Assembly: GCA_964639075.1 (NCBI GenBank)
Contig: CAZXCB010000001.1
Coordinates: forward strand, 9,602 to 73,601
Length of the DNA: 64,000 bases
Source: an uncultured Bifidobacteriaceae bacterium
GTDB taxonomy: Bacteria > Actinomycetota > Acidimicrobiia > IMCC26256 > JAENVU01
Reading direction: 5' to 3'
Position 1 is the first letter of the stretch; the number at the start of each line of letters is the position of its first letter. Below, piece after piece: positions 36,329 through 45,407 of this stretch. Position numbers and translations under genes: made by a program. The notes beneath the pieces were generated by a model. It was not told the origin of the DNA. It worked only from the letters and a program-made list of their open reading frames with translations, and ran no database searches.

Positions 36329-37537
36329 TCAGCCGAAGCTCATGTTCGGCTCGCCCCGTGCGTTCAGGCCCGTCCCCGGCGTGCACGCACCGCCGCGCGG
36401 CGTCCCGCTGTTGTAGGCCTGACGGACGCAGTTGCGCATCGCGAGCTGACCCCAGTAGCTCGCGTGGAAGTCCTCCTGGAGCTGGTACGGACCGAACAGC
36501 GTCGACGTCGTGCGGATCTGGCTGACCCACTCCGTCTTGTCCGACGCGCCCGCGGCCGTCCAGGACGACACGCCCTTCTCCTCGAGCAGACCCACCGTCT
36601 TCTCGCAGAGGCGGTGCCCGACGAGCGCGTTCTGAGCGTCGAGGATCTTCGTGTTGCTCAGCGCGGCCTGCGTCACCGCGTTGCGGACCGAGGTGTTGAA
36701 CGCGGCGAGCGCGGTGCTGTTCGCCCAGTTGGCATCCGCGTTCCATACGCCGCACCCACCGGTGCTCTGGCGCGTGTAGCCGGATTCGGAGTACCGGATC
36801 CCCGTGCCGTTCGGGAGCGGCGACCAGTACGTCTGCACCATCAACGTGTACTGGGAGTCGGCGTAGCCGGCGTTCGCCATCGCCTGGCGGATGTTGAGGA
36901 TGCCGTTCTTGATGTTGGTGGTCTGGGCCGTCTTGTTGGCGGTGGTGAAGTTGGCGGTCACGCTCGAGTCGTCGTTGCAGTAGTTCTTCCACCATGTCGG
37001 CGACGTGAGGAAGTCGACGACGCAGCTCTGGATCAGGTCCGCGAAGTGGTAGTTGTTCGCGCCGATCAGGATCATGACCATCTTCACGTTGTGCGTCGCC
37101 GCGAAGCTCTGCAGCGCCAACGCCTGGCCCTGGCCTGCCGACCCGTTGTAGAAGTCGAGACCCGGCTTGAAGTCGCTCCCGCTCGCGTCGGTGGAGGTTT
37201 TGGCTCCTGAGCACGCGAGGTTCTGGCTGTTCACGCCGCCGCCGATGTGGATCTGCGCCGACTTCGAGCGGTGGCAGCCGCGGATCGTCTCCGCGGTGTT
37301 CGCGGCGTTGTCGTAGTACGCGGTGGAACCGAGCGCGTCGACCGTCGACGGGCTCCCGTTGGTGTTCCCGGCCCAGCGGCCGGCTTCACCCGAGATCGCG
37401 GAGTCGCCGACGCTCACGACCCACGGCGTGCCCGCGCCAGGGCCGTCGGCGGCGGCCGGACCGGAGCCGACTGCGGCGAGACCGCCCGCACTCATCACCA
37501 CTGCCGCGAGCGCGACAGTCAGACGTCGTCTTCTCAT
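36329..37537 (-). CDS. Secreted SGNH/GDSL-family hydrolase (lipase/esterase)
   Basis: ORF 36329..37567, ATG at 37535-37537, signal peptide present. Block I VSVGDSAISGE, block III ILIGANNY, block V EDFH. Confidence 0.8.
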   Translation of the reverse strand: MRRRRLTVALAAVVMSAGGLAAVGSGPAAADGPGAGTPWVVSVGDSAISGEAGRWAGNTNGSPSTVDALGSTAYYDNAANTAETIRGCHRSKSAQIHIGGGVNSQNLACSGAKTSTDASGSDFKPGLDFYNGSAGQGQALALQSFAATHNVKMVMILIGANNYHFADLIQSCVVDFLTSPTWWKNYCNDDSSVTANFTTANKTAQTTNIKNGILNIRQAMANAGYADSQYTLMVQTYWSPLPNGTGIRYSESGYTRQSTGGCGVWNADANWANSTALAAFNTSVRNAVTQAALSNTKILDAQNALVGHRLCEKTVGLLEEKGVSSWTAAGASDKTEWVSQIRTTSTLFGPYQLQEDFHASYWGQLAMRNCVRQAYNSGTPRGGACTPGTGLNARGEPNMSFG

Positions 37538-37659
37538 CTGTGATCCCCCCGGGTCACCAGGCCGCAACCGAACGTGCGGCGCCCGGCGTGGAATCTAGGG
37601 AACCCGACAGCAGGTGTCACGGACTCCCGAGCCGCTCACCGACCGCGGCGGCCGGCCGG

Positions 37660-38484
37660 TCAGCGACCGAGCAGGAACTCGACGATCGGGGTCGCGGCCG
37701 GAAACGACTTCGTCACGCCGGCGCTGAAGTAGCCCGAGTCGGTGACCATCGTGGTGCCGGTCACCGCGACCGCGGCGTCGCTGCACAGGAAGACGAGCGG
37801 GTAGGCCTGCTCCAGCGGGGTCGCCGCATCGACACCGACCGCGGCGCGGTAGTCGGACCCGAACCCGAGCCACATCTCCTTGTTGGCCTGGGCGAGCGGT
37901 GTGTCGGTGGGGCCGGGACAGATCGCGTTGATCCGGATCCCCTGCTCGAGCAACGCCATCGCCTCGCGCGCGACGTAGGCACAGATCGCCTGCTTGCTCC
38001 ACATGTAGTCGGCCTTGCCCTGCTCCTGTGCCCACCGCGCGGCCGCCTCGAAGTCGGTGATGTCGAGGTACTCCTCGAGGAGCAGGAGGTTCGGTTCCCA
38101 CCCGAGGCCCGCCGCCGACGAGATGAACCCGATGGCGGAGCCGCGGGCGAGCATGCCCTTCGAGCGGAGTCGATCGATGAGATACCGGTGCCCGATGAAG
38201 TTGATCTTCTCGATGTTCGGCGTTCCGTCGGCGACGCCGGCGCACGAGAAGAGCGCGTCCACGGGCCCGCCGCACTCCTCGACCGCGGCGTCGATCGAAG
38301 CCGGGTCGGCCAGGTTCACGTGGATCGCCGTCGCACCCGGCAGCGAGATCTCGGCAAAGTCCATCGCGACGACCTCCGCGCCCGCGTCCTGCACGAGCGT
38401 CGCGACGGCCGCCCCCATCCCGCTGGCACCACCGACCACGAGGGCACGCTTGCCGTCGTAGCGAAAGGCGCTGAACAGTGCCAT
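37660..38484 (-). CDS. Short-chain dehydrogenase/reductase (SDR) family oxidoreductase
   Basis: C-terminal 274 codons of ORF 37660..39195. ATG at 38482-38484 is preceded by GAGGAGAGG. Cofactor motif VVGGASGMGAA and catalytic YMWSK. Confidence 0.85.
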   Translation of the reverse strand: MALFSAFRYDGKRALVVGGASGMGAAVATLVQDAGAEVVAMDFAEISLPGATAIHVNLADPASIDAAVEECGGPVDALFSCAGVADGTPNIEKINFIGHRYLIDRLRSKGMLARGSAIGFISSAAGLGWEPNLLLLEEYLDITDFEAAARWAQEQGKADYMWSKQAICAYVAREAMALLEQGIRINAICPGPTDTPLAQANKEMWLGFGSDYRAAVGVDAATPLEQAYPLVFLCSDAAVAVTGTTMVTDSGYFSAGVTKSFPAATPIVEFLLGR

Positions 38485-38667
38485 GGTCGTCCTCTCCTCG
38501 TTCGCGCCGCGGCGCAGGGACCGGGAGTGTGTCACGCGTGCCGGGGGGAGCCTCAACCTCGCGACCACCGACGGTGGCGGGTGGCGCGCTCGTCGGGCTC
38601 GACGAGCGCGGCGATCCCCGACGGGCGCGGACCCGGTCGGGACTGGGGAATCGTCCGGGAGCGGGGC

Positions 38668-39102
38668 ATGATAGGAGGCGTGCAGATCGAACTCGGACCG
38701 TGCTCGCCGGGCAGCGCCCGGGCCTGGGTCGAGTACGCGACGAGCACGCTCGAGCTGCTGCGCGCGCTCCCCGACGGCCAGCTTCCTGCCCACGCGCTCG
38801 ACTCCTTCACCGAGCTCCTCGACCAGTGGCGCCCGATCGCGATGCGGCCGGAGCCGTTCCGATGGTCGGCCGAGCTGCCGTCGGAGCAGGTGCAGTACCT
38901 CCTCCACGCCCTCTACGTCGCCGGCACGGTCGTCGAGACCGAAGCGGAGTCCGGTCGGGCCGAGCTCCGCCCCGCCGCGGCCGACGAGTTCCACATCGTC
39001 CTCGTCCACGAGGCGTTGGCCGCGCTCGAGCACGGGAACGACGCCGACGCCCAGTTCGTCGCGCAGATGCGCAACGTCTGGGACATCGCCCGACGCGACT
39101 GA
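38668..39102 (+). CDS. Hypothetical protein (144 aa)
   Basis: In frame within ORF 37540..39102. ATG at 38668 lies 6 nt after GGGAG. Composition is balanced (W, F, Y, H, E, L). No family recognised. Confidence 0.45.
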   Translation: MIGGVQIELGPCSPGSARAWVEYATSTLELLRALPDGQLPAHALDSFTELLDQWRPIAMRPEPFRWSAELPSEQVQYLLHALYVAGTVVETEAESGRAELRPAAADEFHIVLVHEALAALEHGNDADAQFVAQMRNVWDIARRD

Positions 39103-39295
39103 GGGATGGCGGGTCGGCCGCGGTGCAGGCCCGCGACCCGCGAGATGGCGTTGCGCAGATGACCGAGTGGGAGGTCGACCGGGAGCACGCGACACTCTCC
39201 CCCACCTCGGCGGTGCGCGGCTGGGAGCGGCTCCCCGTGCTCACGCCGTGACCGAAGGCGAGCCGCTCCGGGAACGGCGGCCGTAGGACAGCCCG

Positions 39296-40402
39296 CTGCG
39301 CCGCACGCGCGCGGCCGAGACCCGCGAGCGCATCGTCTCGGCCGGCGCCGAGCTCCTTCACGGGTTCCCCGTCTGGAACTGGTGCGCGCTGACCGTGGGT
39401 CGCGTCGCCGAGCGGGCCGACGTGAACCAACGGACGATCTACTGCCACTTCGCGGGCGAACGCGAGTTGCGAGACGCGGTGTTCGCCCGGCTCGAGGAGG
39501 AAGCCGGTGTGGACCTCGAGGGGCTCACGCTCGAGGAGCTCACCGCGTTCACGGCTCGCGTGCTCGGGTTCGTGTCGTCGTTCCCACTCGAGTCGCGCGC
39601 ACCGCGGGACGAGACTCTCGTCGTCGCCCATCGTCGCCAGCGCGACGCACTGCTCGCGGCGGCGACGCCGGCCGTGGCGGAGTGGTCCGACGCCGACCGC
39701 ACGACCGCGGCGGCGATGCTGGACGTCCTGTGGAGCGTCGTCTCCTACGAGCGCCTGGTGGCCGACTGGGACCTCTCGCCGCGGCAGGCCATCGAGGCGG
39801 TCACGTGGGTCATCGGCTTGGTCGAGGACACGATCCGTACGACCGGCGACCCCGTCGCTGAACCGCTCCCGCGGGTTCACGCCTCCTGCACTCGTGCCCG
39901 GACCGGCTCGATGCGGACCATCGTCCGCTTGTACTCGGGCGTGTTCGTCACCCGGTCTCGGTACGGCCCGGTGAGCCGGTTCACGTGCGATTCCGGATCG
40001 CTGAACGTCGCGAAGACCTCGCCGGCGCGCACGGCTGCGCTCACCCGGATCGGCAGCACCGTCGTGCCGTGGCGGCTCGTGACCTCGACCAGGTGGCCGT
40101 CGCCGACGCCGAGCCGGGCGGCGTCGGGAGCGGCGATGTCGAGCGTGTCGGTCGTCCGCAGCTCGTTCGTGAGGGATCGGCGCGTCATGGTGCCGGCGTT
40201 GAACTGGTCGAGGGCGCGCCCGGTGACGAGCAGGAACGGGAACCCGGGATCGGATCGCTCGGGACTCGGCTCGTACGCGATCGGATGGAGCATCGCCGGA
40301 CCGCCGCGCGTGAACGCGGCGGTGTGCAGGATCGTGGTGCCCGGATGGTCCTCGGTCGGGCACGGCCATTGCAGCCCGCCGGGAGCGTCGAGCCGGCCGT
40401 AG
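39296..40402 (+). CDS. TetR/AcrR-family regulator, probably disrupted (in-frame TAG upstream, no stop at the expected C-terminus)
   Basis: The HTH (RERIVSAGAELLHGFPVWNWCALTVGRVAERADVNQRTIYCHF) begins upstream of the first canonical start (GTG 39395). The only in-frame candidate start is CTG 39296. GTG 39248 is in frame but is followed by TAG at 39284-39286. The recognisable TetR fold ends near 39880, yet the frame stays open to 40402, antisense to the FDH gene. Confidence 0.5.
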   Translation: MRRTRAAETRERIVSAGAELLHGFPVWNWCALTVGRVAERADVNQRTIYCHFAGERELRDAVFARLEEEAGVDLEGLTLEELTAFTARVLGFVSSFPLESRAPRDETLVVAHRRQRDALLAAATPAVAEWSDADRTTAAAMLDVLWSVVSYERLVADWDLSPRQAIEAVTWVIGLVEDTIRTTGDPVAEPLPRVHASCTRARTGSMRTIVRLYSGVFVTRSRYGPVSRFTCDSGSLNVAKTSPARTAALTRIGSTVVPWRLVTSTRWPSPTPSRAASGAAMSSVSVVRSSFVRDRRVMVPALNWSRARPVTSRNGNPGSDRSGLGSYAIGWSIAGPPRVNAAVCRIVVPGWSSVGHGHCSPPGASSRP

Positions 40403-42558
40403 CTCATGCCGGCTCCCACGGGCCAGACCGCTCGGATCTCGTCCCAGATCGCGGCCGGCTCCGCGAAGTCGAACTGAGCACCGTGACCCATCGCGTGGGC
40501 GACCGCGCGCACGATCTCCCAGTCGGGGCGCGAACCTCCGAGCGGTTCGATGACCTTGCGGACCCGCTGCACGCGCCGCTCCCCGTTCATGAACGTGCCG
40601 TCCTTCTCGAAGGTCGAGCAGGCGGGGAGGAAGACGGTGGCGTGCTCCCTCGCGGTCTCGTTGAGGAAGAGGTCCTGCACGACGAGCGTGTCGAGCTGCG
40701 CGAGCGCACGGTCGGTCGCGGTCGCGTTCGGTTGGGTCTGGAGGATGTCCCAGCCGACGACCCAGAGCGCGTGCACGGCTCCGGCCGACGCGGCGTCGAG
40801 CATCTGCACGGCGTCGAGACCAGCCGCGTCCGGGAGGGCCGCGCCCCACACGTCTGCGAACCAGGGCGCGTCACCGACCGGCGCGAAGCCGGTGACGAAG
40901 TCGGGTTCGCAGCCCATGTGGGCGCAACCCTGGACGTTGTTCTGCCCGCGCAAGGGGTTCACTCCGCTGCCGGGGCGGCCGACGTTGCCGGTGAGCAGCG
41001 CCAGGTTCGCGAGGCAGACGACCGCGTCCGTGCCCTGGGTGTGCTCGGTGACCCCGAGGCCGTGCAGGATCATCGACGGCGTCTGCGTCGCGTACAGCCG
41101 GGCGGCTGCGCGCATGCTGGCAGCGTCGACGCCGCACGCGTCGGCGACGAGCTCGGGACGGTACGCGCGGAGGAAGGTCGCGCAGCCGTCGAGGTTCTCG
41201 ACCCGGGTCGCCAGGAAGTCCGCGTCGACGAGCGACTCCTCGACGATCGTGGCGGCGATCGCGTTCAGCACCAGCACGTTCGTGCCCGGCTCCGGCCGGA
41301 GATGCACCGTCGCGTCGTCGGCGAGCTCGATCCGGCGCGGATCGATCACGATCAAGGAGGTGCCGCGCCGCGCGGCCTGCCTGATCCGCGCCCCCAGGAC
41401 CGGGTGGTTCTCGGTGGCGTTCGCGCCGACCACCATGATCGTCCGCGCGTGCTCGATGTCCGCGAAGGAGTTGGTCGCGGCGCCGGTTCCGAACGCGAGT
41501 CGGAGCCCCGCGGCGCTCGGCGCGTGACAGACCCGCGCACAGCAGTCGACGTTGTTCGTGCCGAGCACCAAGCGGGCGAACTTCTGGAGCAGGTAGTTGT
41601 CCTCGTTCGTCGCGCGCGCCGAGCCGAAGACGCCGACCCCGGCCGGTCCCCACCGTTCGAGGGCGCGGCGGAAGCCGTCCGCCACCGCGACGGTCGCCTC
41701 GTCCCACGACACCGCGCGCCAGCCGTCACCGTCCCGGACCATCGGTTCGGTCACCCGCTCGTCGGAATGGACGAACCCGTGCCCGTACCGTCCCTTCACG
41801 CAGGCATGGCCACGGTTGACGGGCGCGTCGGGCGCCGGGACGGCCGTGACGACGTGGTCGTCGCGAGTGCCGATGAGGAGCTCGCAGCCCACCCCGCAGT
41901 ATGGGCACGTCGTGCGCGTCCAACGGTCCGGCGGGCCGCCGATCAGCACGGGTCGGTCCTCGAGCGCGCCCGTCGGGCAGGTGTCCACGCAGGCGCCGCA
42001 CGAGACGCACGCGCTCTCCCGCAGGGTGGACGCGCCGCTCGGCACCACGTGGGTGTCCGTCCCCCGCCCGACGATCTGCCAGGCGCGCTGGCCCTGCACC
42101 TCGTCGCAGATCCGGACGCACCGGAAGCAGTCGATGCACCGATTCATGTCGATCACGATGCACGGATGGGTGTCGTCGCGCAGCTCGGGCCGACCGGCCC
42201 CACCGGTCGCCGACACGTCGTGGTCGACGAGCAACCGGTGGAATCGCTCGTCCGGTGCCGCCGCCACCGCGTCCGCGGGGTAGCGAAGCGCCATCATCGT
42301 GAGCAGGCCGCGGCGCGCCGATTCGGCATCGTCCGGCGCGGTCTCGATCACCATGCCCGGTGTGGCCAGCACCGCGCACGAGGCGACCAGCTGCGGCCGG
42401 CCGTCGACGCGCACCAGGCACATCCGACATTCTCCGTACGGCTCGAGCCGGTCGTCGTCGCACAACGACGGCAGGTCGACCCCGAGCGCGCGCAGCCCGT
42501 GCAGAATCGAGACGCCGTCGGGGACCTCGGCATCCACACCGTCGACCGTCACGCGCAT
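39877..42558 (-). CDS. Formate dehydrogenase alpha subunit-like molybdopterin oxidoreductase (N-terminal 2Fe-2S and 4Fe-4S domains; Cys type)
   Basis: ORF 39877..42558. Cys clusters: 2Fe-2S (C..C...C), CIDCFRCVRIC, CVSCGACVDTCP, CPYCGVGC. Active-site block NNVDCCARVCHAPS has Cys in the Sec position. Confidence 0.9.
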   Translation of the reverse strand: MRVTVDGVDAEVPDGVSILHGLRALGVDLPSLCDDDRLEPYGECRMCLVRVDGRPQLVASCAVLATPGMVIETAPDDAESARRGLLTMMALRYPADAVAAAPDERFHRLLVDHDVSATGGAGRPELRDDTHPCIVIDMNRCIDCFRCVRICDEVQGQRAWQIVGRGTDTHVVPSGASTLRESACVSCGACVDTCPTGALEDRPVLIGGPPDRWTRTTCPYCGVGCELLIGTRDDHVVTAVPAPDAPVNRGHACVKGRYGHGFVHSDERVTEPMVRDGDGWRAVSWDEATVAVADGFRRALERWGPAGVGVFGSARATNEDNYLLQKFARLVLGTNNVDCCARVCHAPSAAGLRLAFGTGAATNSFADIEHARTIMVVGANATENHPVLGARIRQAARRGTSLIVIDPRRIELADDATVHLRPEPGTNVLVLNAIAATIVEESLVDADFLATRVENLDGCATFLRAYRPELVADACGVDAASMRAAARLYATQTPSMILHGLGVTEHTQGTDAVVCLANLALLTGNVGRPGSGVNPLRGQNNVQGCAHMGCEPDFVTGFAPVGDAPWFADVWGAALPDAAGLDAVQMLDAASAGAVHALWVVGWDILQTQPNATATDRALAQLDTLVVQDLFLNETAREHATVFLPACSTFEKDGTFMNGERRVQRVRKVIEPLGGSRPDWEIVRAVAHAMGHGAQFDFAEPAAIWDEIRAVWPVGAGMSYGRLDAPGGLQWPCPTEDHPGTTILHTAAFTRGGPAMLHPIAYEPSPERSDPGFPFLLVTGRALDQFNAGTMTRRSLTNELRTTDTLDIAAPDAARLGVGDGHLVEVTSRHGTTVLPIRVSAAVRAGEVFATFSDPESHVNRLTGPYRDRVTNTPEYKRTMVRIEPVRARVQEA

Positions 42559-42882
42559 CGGGAGCTCCCGGATCGCCCGCAGCGATCATACGAAGATCCG
42601 ATCGGAGCCGGCACGCTCCGCCGGACCGCCGGGCGCACGCCGGTAGGTTCCTCGGCGGTCAGGCGCTCGCCGTCCGCCGGGAAATCCCGGACGCGTCGCA
42701 GCGGCCCGGTGCCCACCGTCTGCGGATCGAACACGCACACGTCAGCCCAGCAGGTCGGTGGCGAGCGGAGCGTCGAGCGGGCTGGCGCCGCGCTCGCTCG
42801 CGAGCTCGCTCACCCGCCGGCCCTCGAGCTCGGGGAACCGCGCCGACTCCGGCACCTCGAAGGTCTCCCAGCGCAGCTTCAT
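42549..42882 (-). pseudogene. Remnant of the C-terminal part of a D-aminoacylase-family amidohydrolase (two frames)
   Basis: MKLRWETFEVPESARFPELEGRRVSELASERGASPLDAPLATDLLG (42742..42882) is followed in another frame by VFDPQTVGTGPLRRVRDFPADGERLTAEEPTGV (ORF 42549..42740). Both resemble conserved C-terminal blocks of this family (compare ADLNVIDLD...DLPAGGQR in the intact gene at 18137). About 130 aa between the blocks and the whole N-terminus are missing. Confidence 0.35.
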
Positions 42883-43243
42883 CGTCGATCGCTCGAGGTC
42901 GGCCGCCGCCAGCGCCCGCCAGGCGGGATCGCGATGCGGCGCGCTCGGCGAACCACCGTGCGTACGGCAGCGGTGTGTCGAACTGGAGTGCCTGGGCGAT
43001 CGGTCGCGCCGAGCCGGCTTCGCTCGACGACGGTCCCTGGCCCCGGAGGTCGCCCCGTACTCCGCTCGCTTTCGGTCGGACGGTGCTGGGAGACGGGGTG
43101 ACACCACTTGAGAACCCCGTTCTCCTCGTTATGGAAACGGGCTATGCCGCGCAGGACGCCGAGACGAGCGACGAGTCCGAGAGCGGTATTATCCACCACG
43201 ACCACGGAATCCGGGCGTCGCCTCGAAGGAAAGCAGGAGCGAC

Positions 43244-43921
43244 ATGGCTGGAGTTGACGCCGCCGCCGGCTCGATCGAGCCGGGCTGGCGCGAACGTGCG
43301 GTCTCCAAGAGCCTGAACGCCGCCCGCTCTCGCGCCGAGCAGCGGGCACAACGCTACCTCGACGCCGCGTTCGAGCTGATCGACGAGAAGGGCACGACGG
43401 AGTTCACGATCCAGGAGGTCATCGACCGGTCGAAGCAGTCGCTGCGCGGCTTCTACGAGTACTTCACCGGCAAGGACGAGCTCGTGCTCGCCCTGTTCGA
43501 GGAGACGCTGCGCGAAGCCGGGGACGACATCCGCAAGGCCGTCGACGCCGAGACCGATCCGTTCGCGCGGCTGCGCGCGTTCACGATCCGCCTGCACGAG
43601 TGGTGTGACCCCGTCGAGGCACCGAGGAAGCGGGGTGCCCACAACCGTCGCGCCATCTCCGAGTTCTCCATGCAGCTGGCGGTGAACCACGCAGCGCGGA
43701 TGCGGACCGCGCTGGCACCGATGTCGCACCTGCTCCGCGAGCTCGTCGACGCGGCCGCCGAGGCGGGCGCGATCCACGTCGGCGACACCCGGCGCGCCAC
43801 GGCGCTCGTCCAGCAGACGGTGATGTACAGCTGGTTCGGCAACCGCCTGGTGGACAACCCGAAGTTGCGGCTCACCGCCGAGGAGACGTGGGAGTTCTGC
43901 CTCCACGGCCTCGGCGGTTGA
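43244..43921 (+). CDS. TetR/AcrR-family transcriptional regulator
   Basis: ORF 43244..43921. ATG is preceded by AGGAG. HTH sequence FTIQEVIDRSKQSLRGFYEYFTGKDELV. Confidence 0.85.
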   Translation: MAGVDAAAGSIEPGWRERAVSKSLNAARSRAEQRAQRYLDAAFELIDEKGTTEFTIQEVIDRSKQSLRGFYEYFTGKDELVLALFEETLREAGDDIRKAVDAETDPFARLRAFTIRLHEWCDPVEAPRKRGAHNRRAISEFSMQLAVNHAARMRTALAPMSHLLRELVDAAAEAGAIHVGDTRRATALVQQTVMYSWFGNRLVDNPKLRLTAEETWEFCLHGLGG

Positions 43922-44889
43922 CGCGGGTGCCCCGAGCCGACATCCCCTCCCCGCAGCTCTCGGCCGCGCTCGTCACCTACTCGGCCGAGGCTCCGGACGA
44001 CTGGACCTCGATGCTCGACACCGCGCGGCTCTACGACCGCGCCGGGATCGACCGGCTCGTCGTCTCGGACCACGTCGTGTTCGGGGAGCGGCTCGACGCC
44101 TACGGTCGACCCGAGGTGGGAGGTCAACGCGGCGGGCGCCAGCCCACCGGCCCCGACGGGCACTGGCTGGAGCCGCTGACGACCCTCGGTGTCGTCGCCG
44201 GTGCCACCGAACGCGTGCGTCTGGCGACCGGCATCCTCATCGCGGCGCTCCGGCGTCCCGTCGTCCTCGCGAAGACGGCCGCGACCCTCGACGTGCTGTC
44301 CGGGGGGCGGCTCGACCTCGGCGTCGGTGTCGGATGGCAACGTGAGGAGTACGAGGCGGCGGGACTCGACTTCGACCGGCGCGGTCGCCTGCTCGACCAC
44401 ACCCTCGAGGTGTGCACCGCGCTGTGGACCGAGCCGGTCACGGCCTACCGGTCGCCGGAGCTCGGATTCGACCGGATCCACATGATGCCCAAGCCGCTCC
44501 GACCGGGCGGGGTACCGATCTGGGTCAGCGGCCAGATCAACGCGCGCGTCGTCGACCGCCTGTGCCGCTTCGGCCTGCGGTGGATCCCGTGGGGTGACGA
44601 CGCGACCGAGCTCGAGCGGTCGATCCCGGCCCTGCGCGAACGGATCGCCGCCGCGGGCATCTCACCCGACGGCCTGCAGGTCGTCGCGAACCTGCGCGCC
44701 GTGCGCACCGACGACGGGCTCGTGGACGTCGAACGGACGATCGAGCCGGTGCCGCGCCTCGTGGAGGCGGGCGCGACGGACTTCCTCACGCGGCTTCCGG
44801 CGCGCGAGCCGGACGCCGGCACCGAGACCAGCGTGCGCGACCTCGTCGCGGCGTTCCGCGCCCTCACCGGCCGCGACGCGACGCCGTGA
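43918..44889 (+). CDS. Luciferase-like (LLM class, probably F420-dependent) oxidoreductase
   Basis: In frame within ORF 43888..44889. TTG at 43918 overlaps the TetR stop (TTGA); GTG at 43927 is an alternative start. Sequence LDVLSGGRLDLGVGVGWQREEYEAAG. Confidence 0.75.
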   Translation: MTRVPRADIPSPQLSAALVTYSAEAPDDWTSMLDTARLYDRAGIDRLVVSDHVVFGERLDAYGRPEVGGQRGGRQPTGPDGHWLEPLTTLGVVAGATERVRLATGILIAALRRPVVLAKTAATLDVLSGGRLDLGVGVGWQREEYEAAGLDFDRRGRLLDHTLEVCTALWTEPVTAYRSPELGFDRIHMMPKPLRPGGVPIWVSGQINARVVDRLCRFGLRWIPWGDDATELERSIPALRERIAAAGISPDGLQVVANLRAVRTDDGLVDVERTIEPVPRLVEAGATDFLTRLPAREPDAGTETSVRDLVAAFRALTGRDATP

Positions 44890-44926
44890 GGGGCGCCGAA
44901 CCCGACCGGCGATGCGTCCCGGGCGG

Positions 44927-45373
44927 TCAGAGTCCGGCGACGCGATCGGCGTAGTCGAGCGGGAGCAGCTCGACGAGCTGCCCGTCCGGATCGCGGATGA
45001 AGACGGCGACACCGATGTCGGTGCCGGCGACCACCTCGCCGCCGAACTCGGTCACCCGATCGCGCACCTCGTCGACGTCGCACGAGAGCGAGAGGTGCGT
45101 GAGACCGGGTTCGTCCATGGCGCGCCGCGCCGGAACCTGTCGGTGGGACGGCTCGGAGAAGTGGATGAGCTCGAGCACGAAGCCGTCGCGGCGCAGGTAG
45201 CAGACCCGGCCTCCGAGCGGTGCCTCCAGTCCGAGCAGGCGATCCGACGGCTGATCGGTCAGGGTCAGCTCGCGCCAGTGCTCGAACCCGAGCAGTTCCT
45301 CGTAGAAGCGACGCGAGCGATCGAGGTCGGTCACGCAGTGCCCGATGTGGTTCACCACCATGCGTCCACCCAT
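44927..45373 (-). CDS. VOC (glyoxalase/bleomycin-resistance/dioxygenase) family protein
   Basis: ORF 44927..45478. ATG at 45371-45373 (MGGRMVVNHIGHCVTDLDRSRRFYEELLGF); 45361 is an alternative start. Confidence 0.8.
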   Translation of the reverse strand: MGGRMVVNHIGHCVTDLDRSRRFYEELLGFEHWRELTLTDQPSDRLLGLEAPLGGRVCYLRRDGFVLELIHFSEPSHRQVPARRAMDEPGLTHLSLSCDVDEVRDRVTEFGGEVVAGTDIGVAVFIRDPDGQLVELLPLDYADRVAGL

Positions 45374-45407
45374 GCGCGCATCCTGGCATGTGCGGCTGGT
45401 CCGGCGC

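Noticed and set aside
39159-39251. 30-codon micro-ORF MTEWEVDREHATLSPTSAVRGWERLPVLTP as a gene.
   Set aside because: It is too short to support from sequence alone and I recognise no motif. It is mentioned only because its TGA overlaps the GTG at 39248.
39284-39286. In-frame TAG in the TetR gene as pyrrolysine or programmed read-through.
   Set aside because: No pyl genes or any context support this. A nonsense mutation, an assembly error or downstream non-canonical initiation are simpler explanations.
39877-42558. Selenocysteine recoding in the formate dehydrogenase.
   Set aside because: The ORF is uninterrupted and the active-site position is a Cys codon (CARVCHAPS). There is no in-frame TGA.
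42883-43243. Further amidohydrolase-like fragments (for example IIPLSDSSLVSASCAA and ARFHNEENGVLKW) upstream of the remnant.
   Set aside because: The similarity is weak, and the order of the fragments is inconsistent with a colinear homologue. This could be chance.
43131-43316. Small acidic ORF METGYAAQDAETSDESESGIIHHDHG... on the plus strand.
   Set aside because: It has no SD, it overlaps the well-supported TetR start at 43244 in another frame, and its second half is low-complexity.
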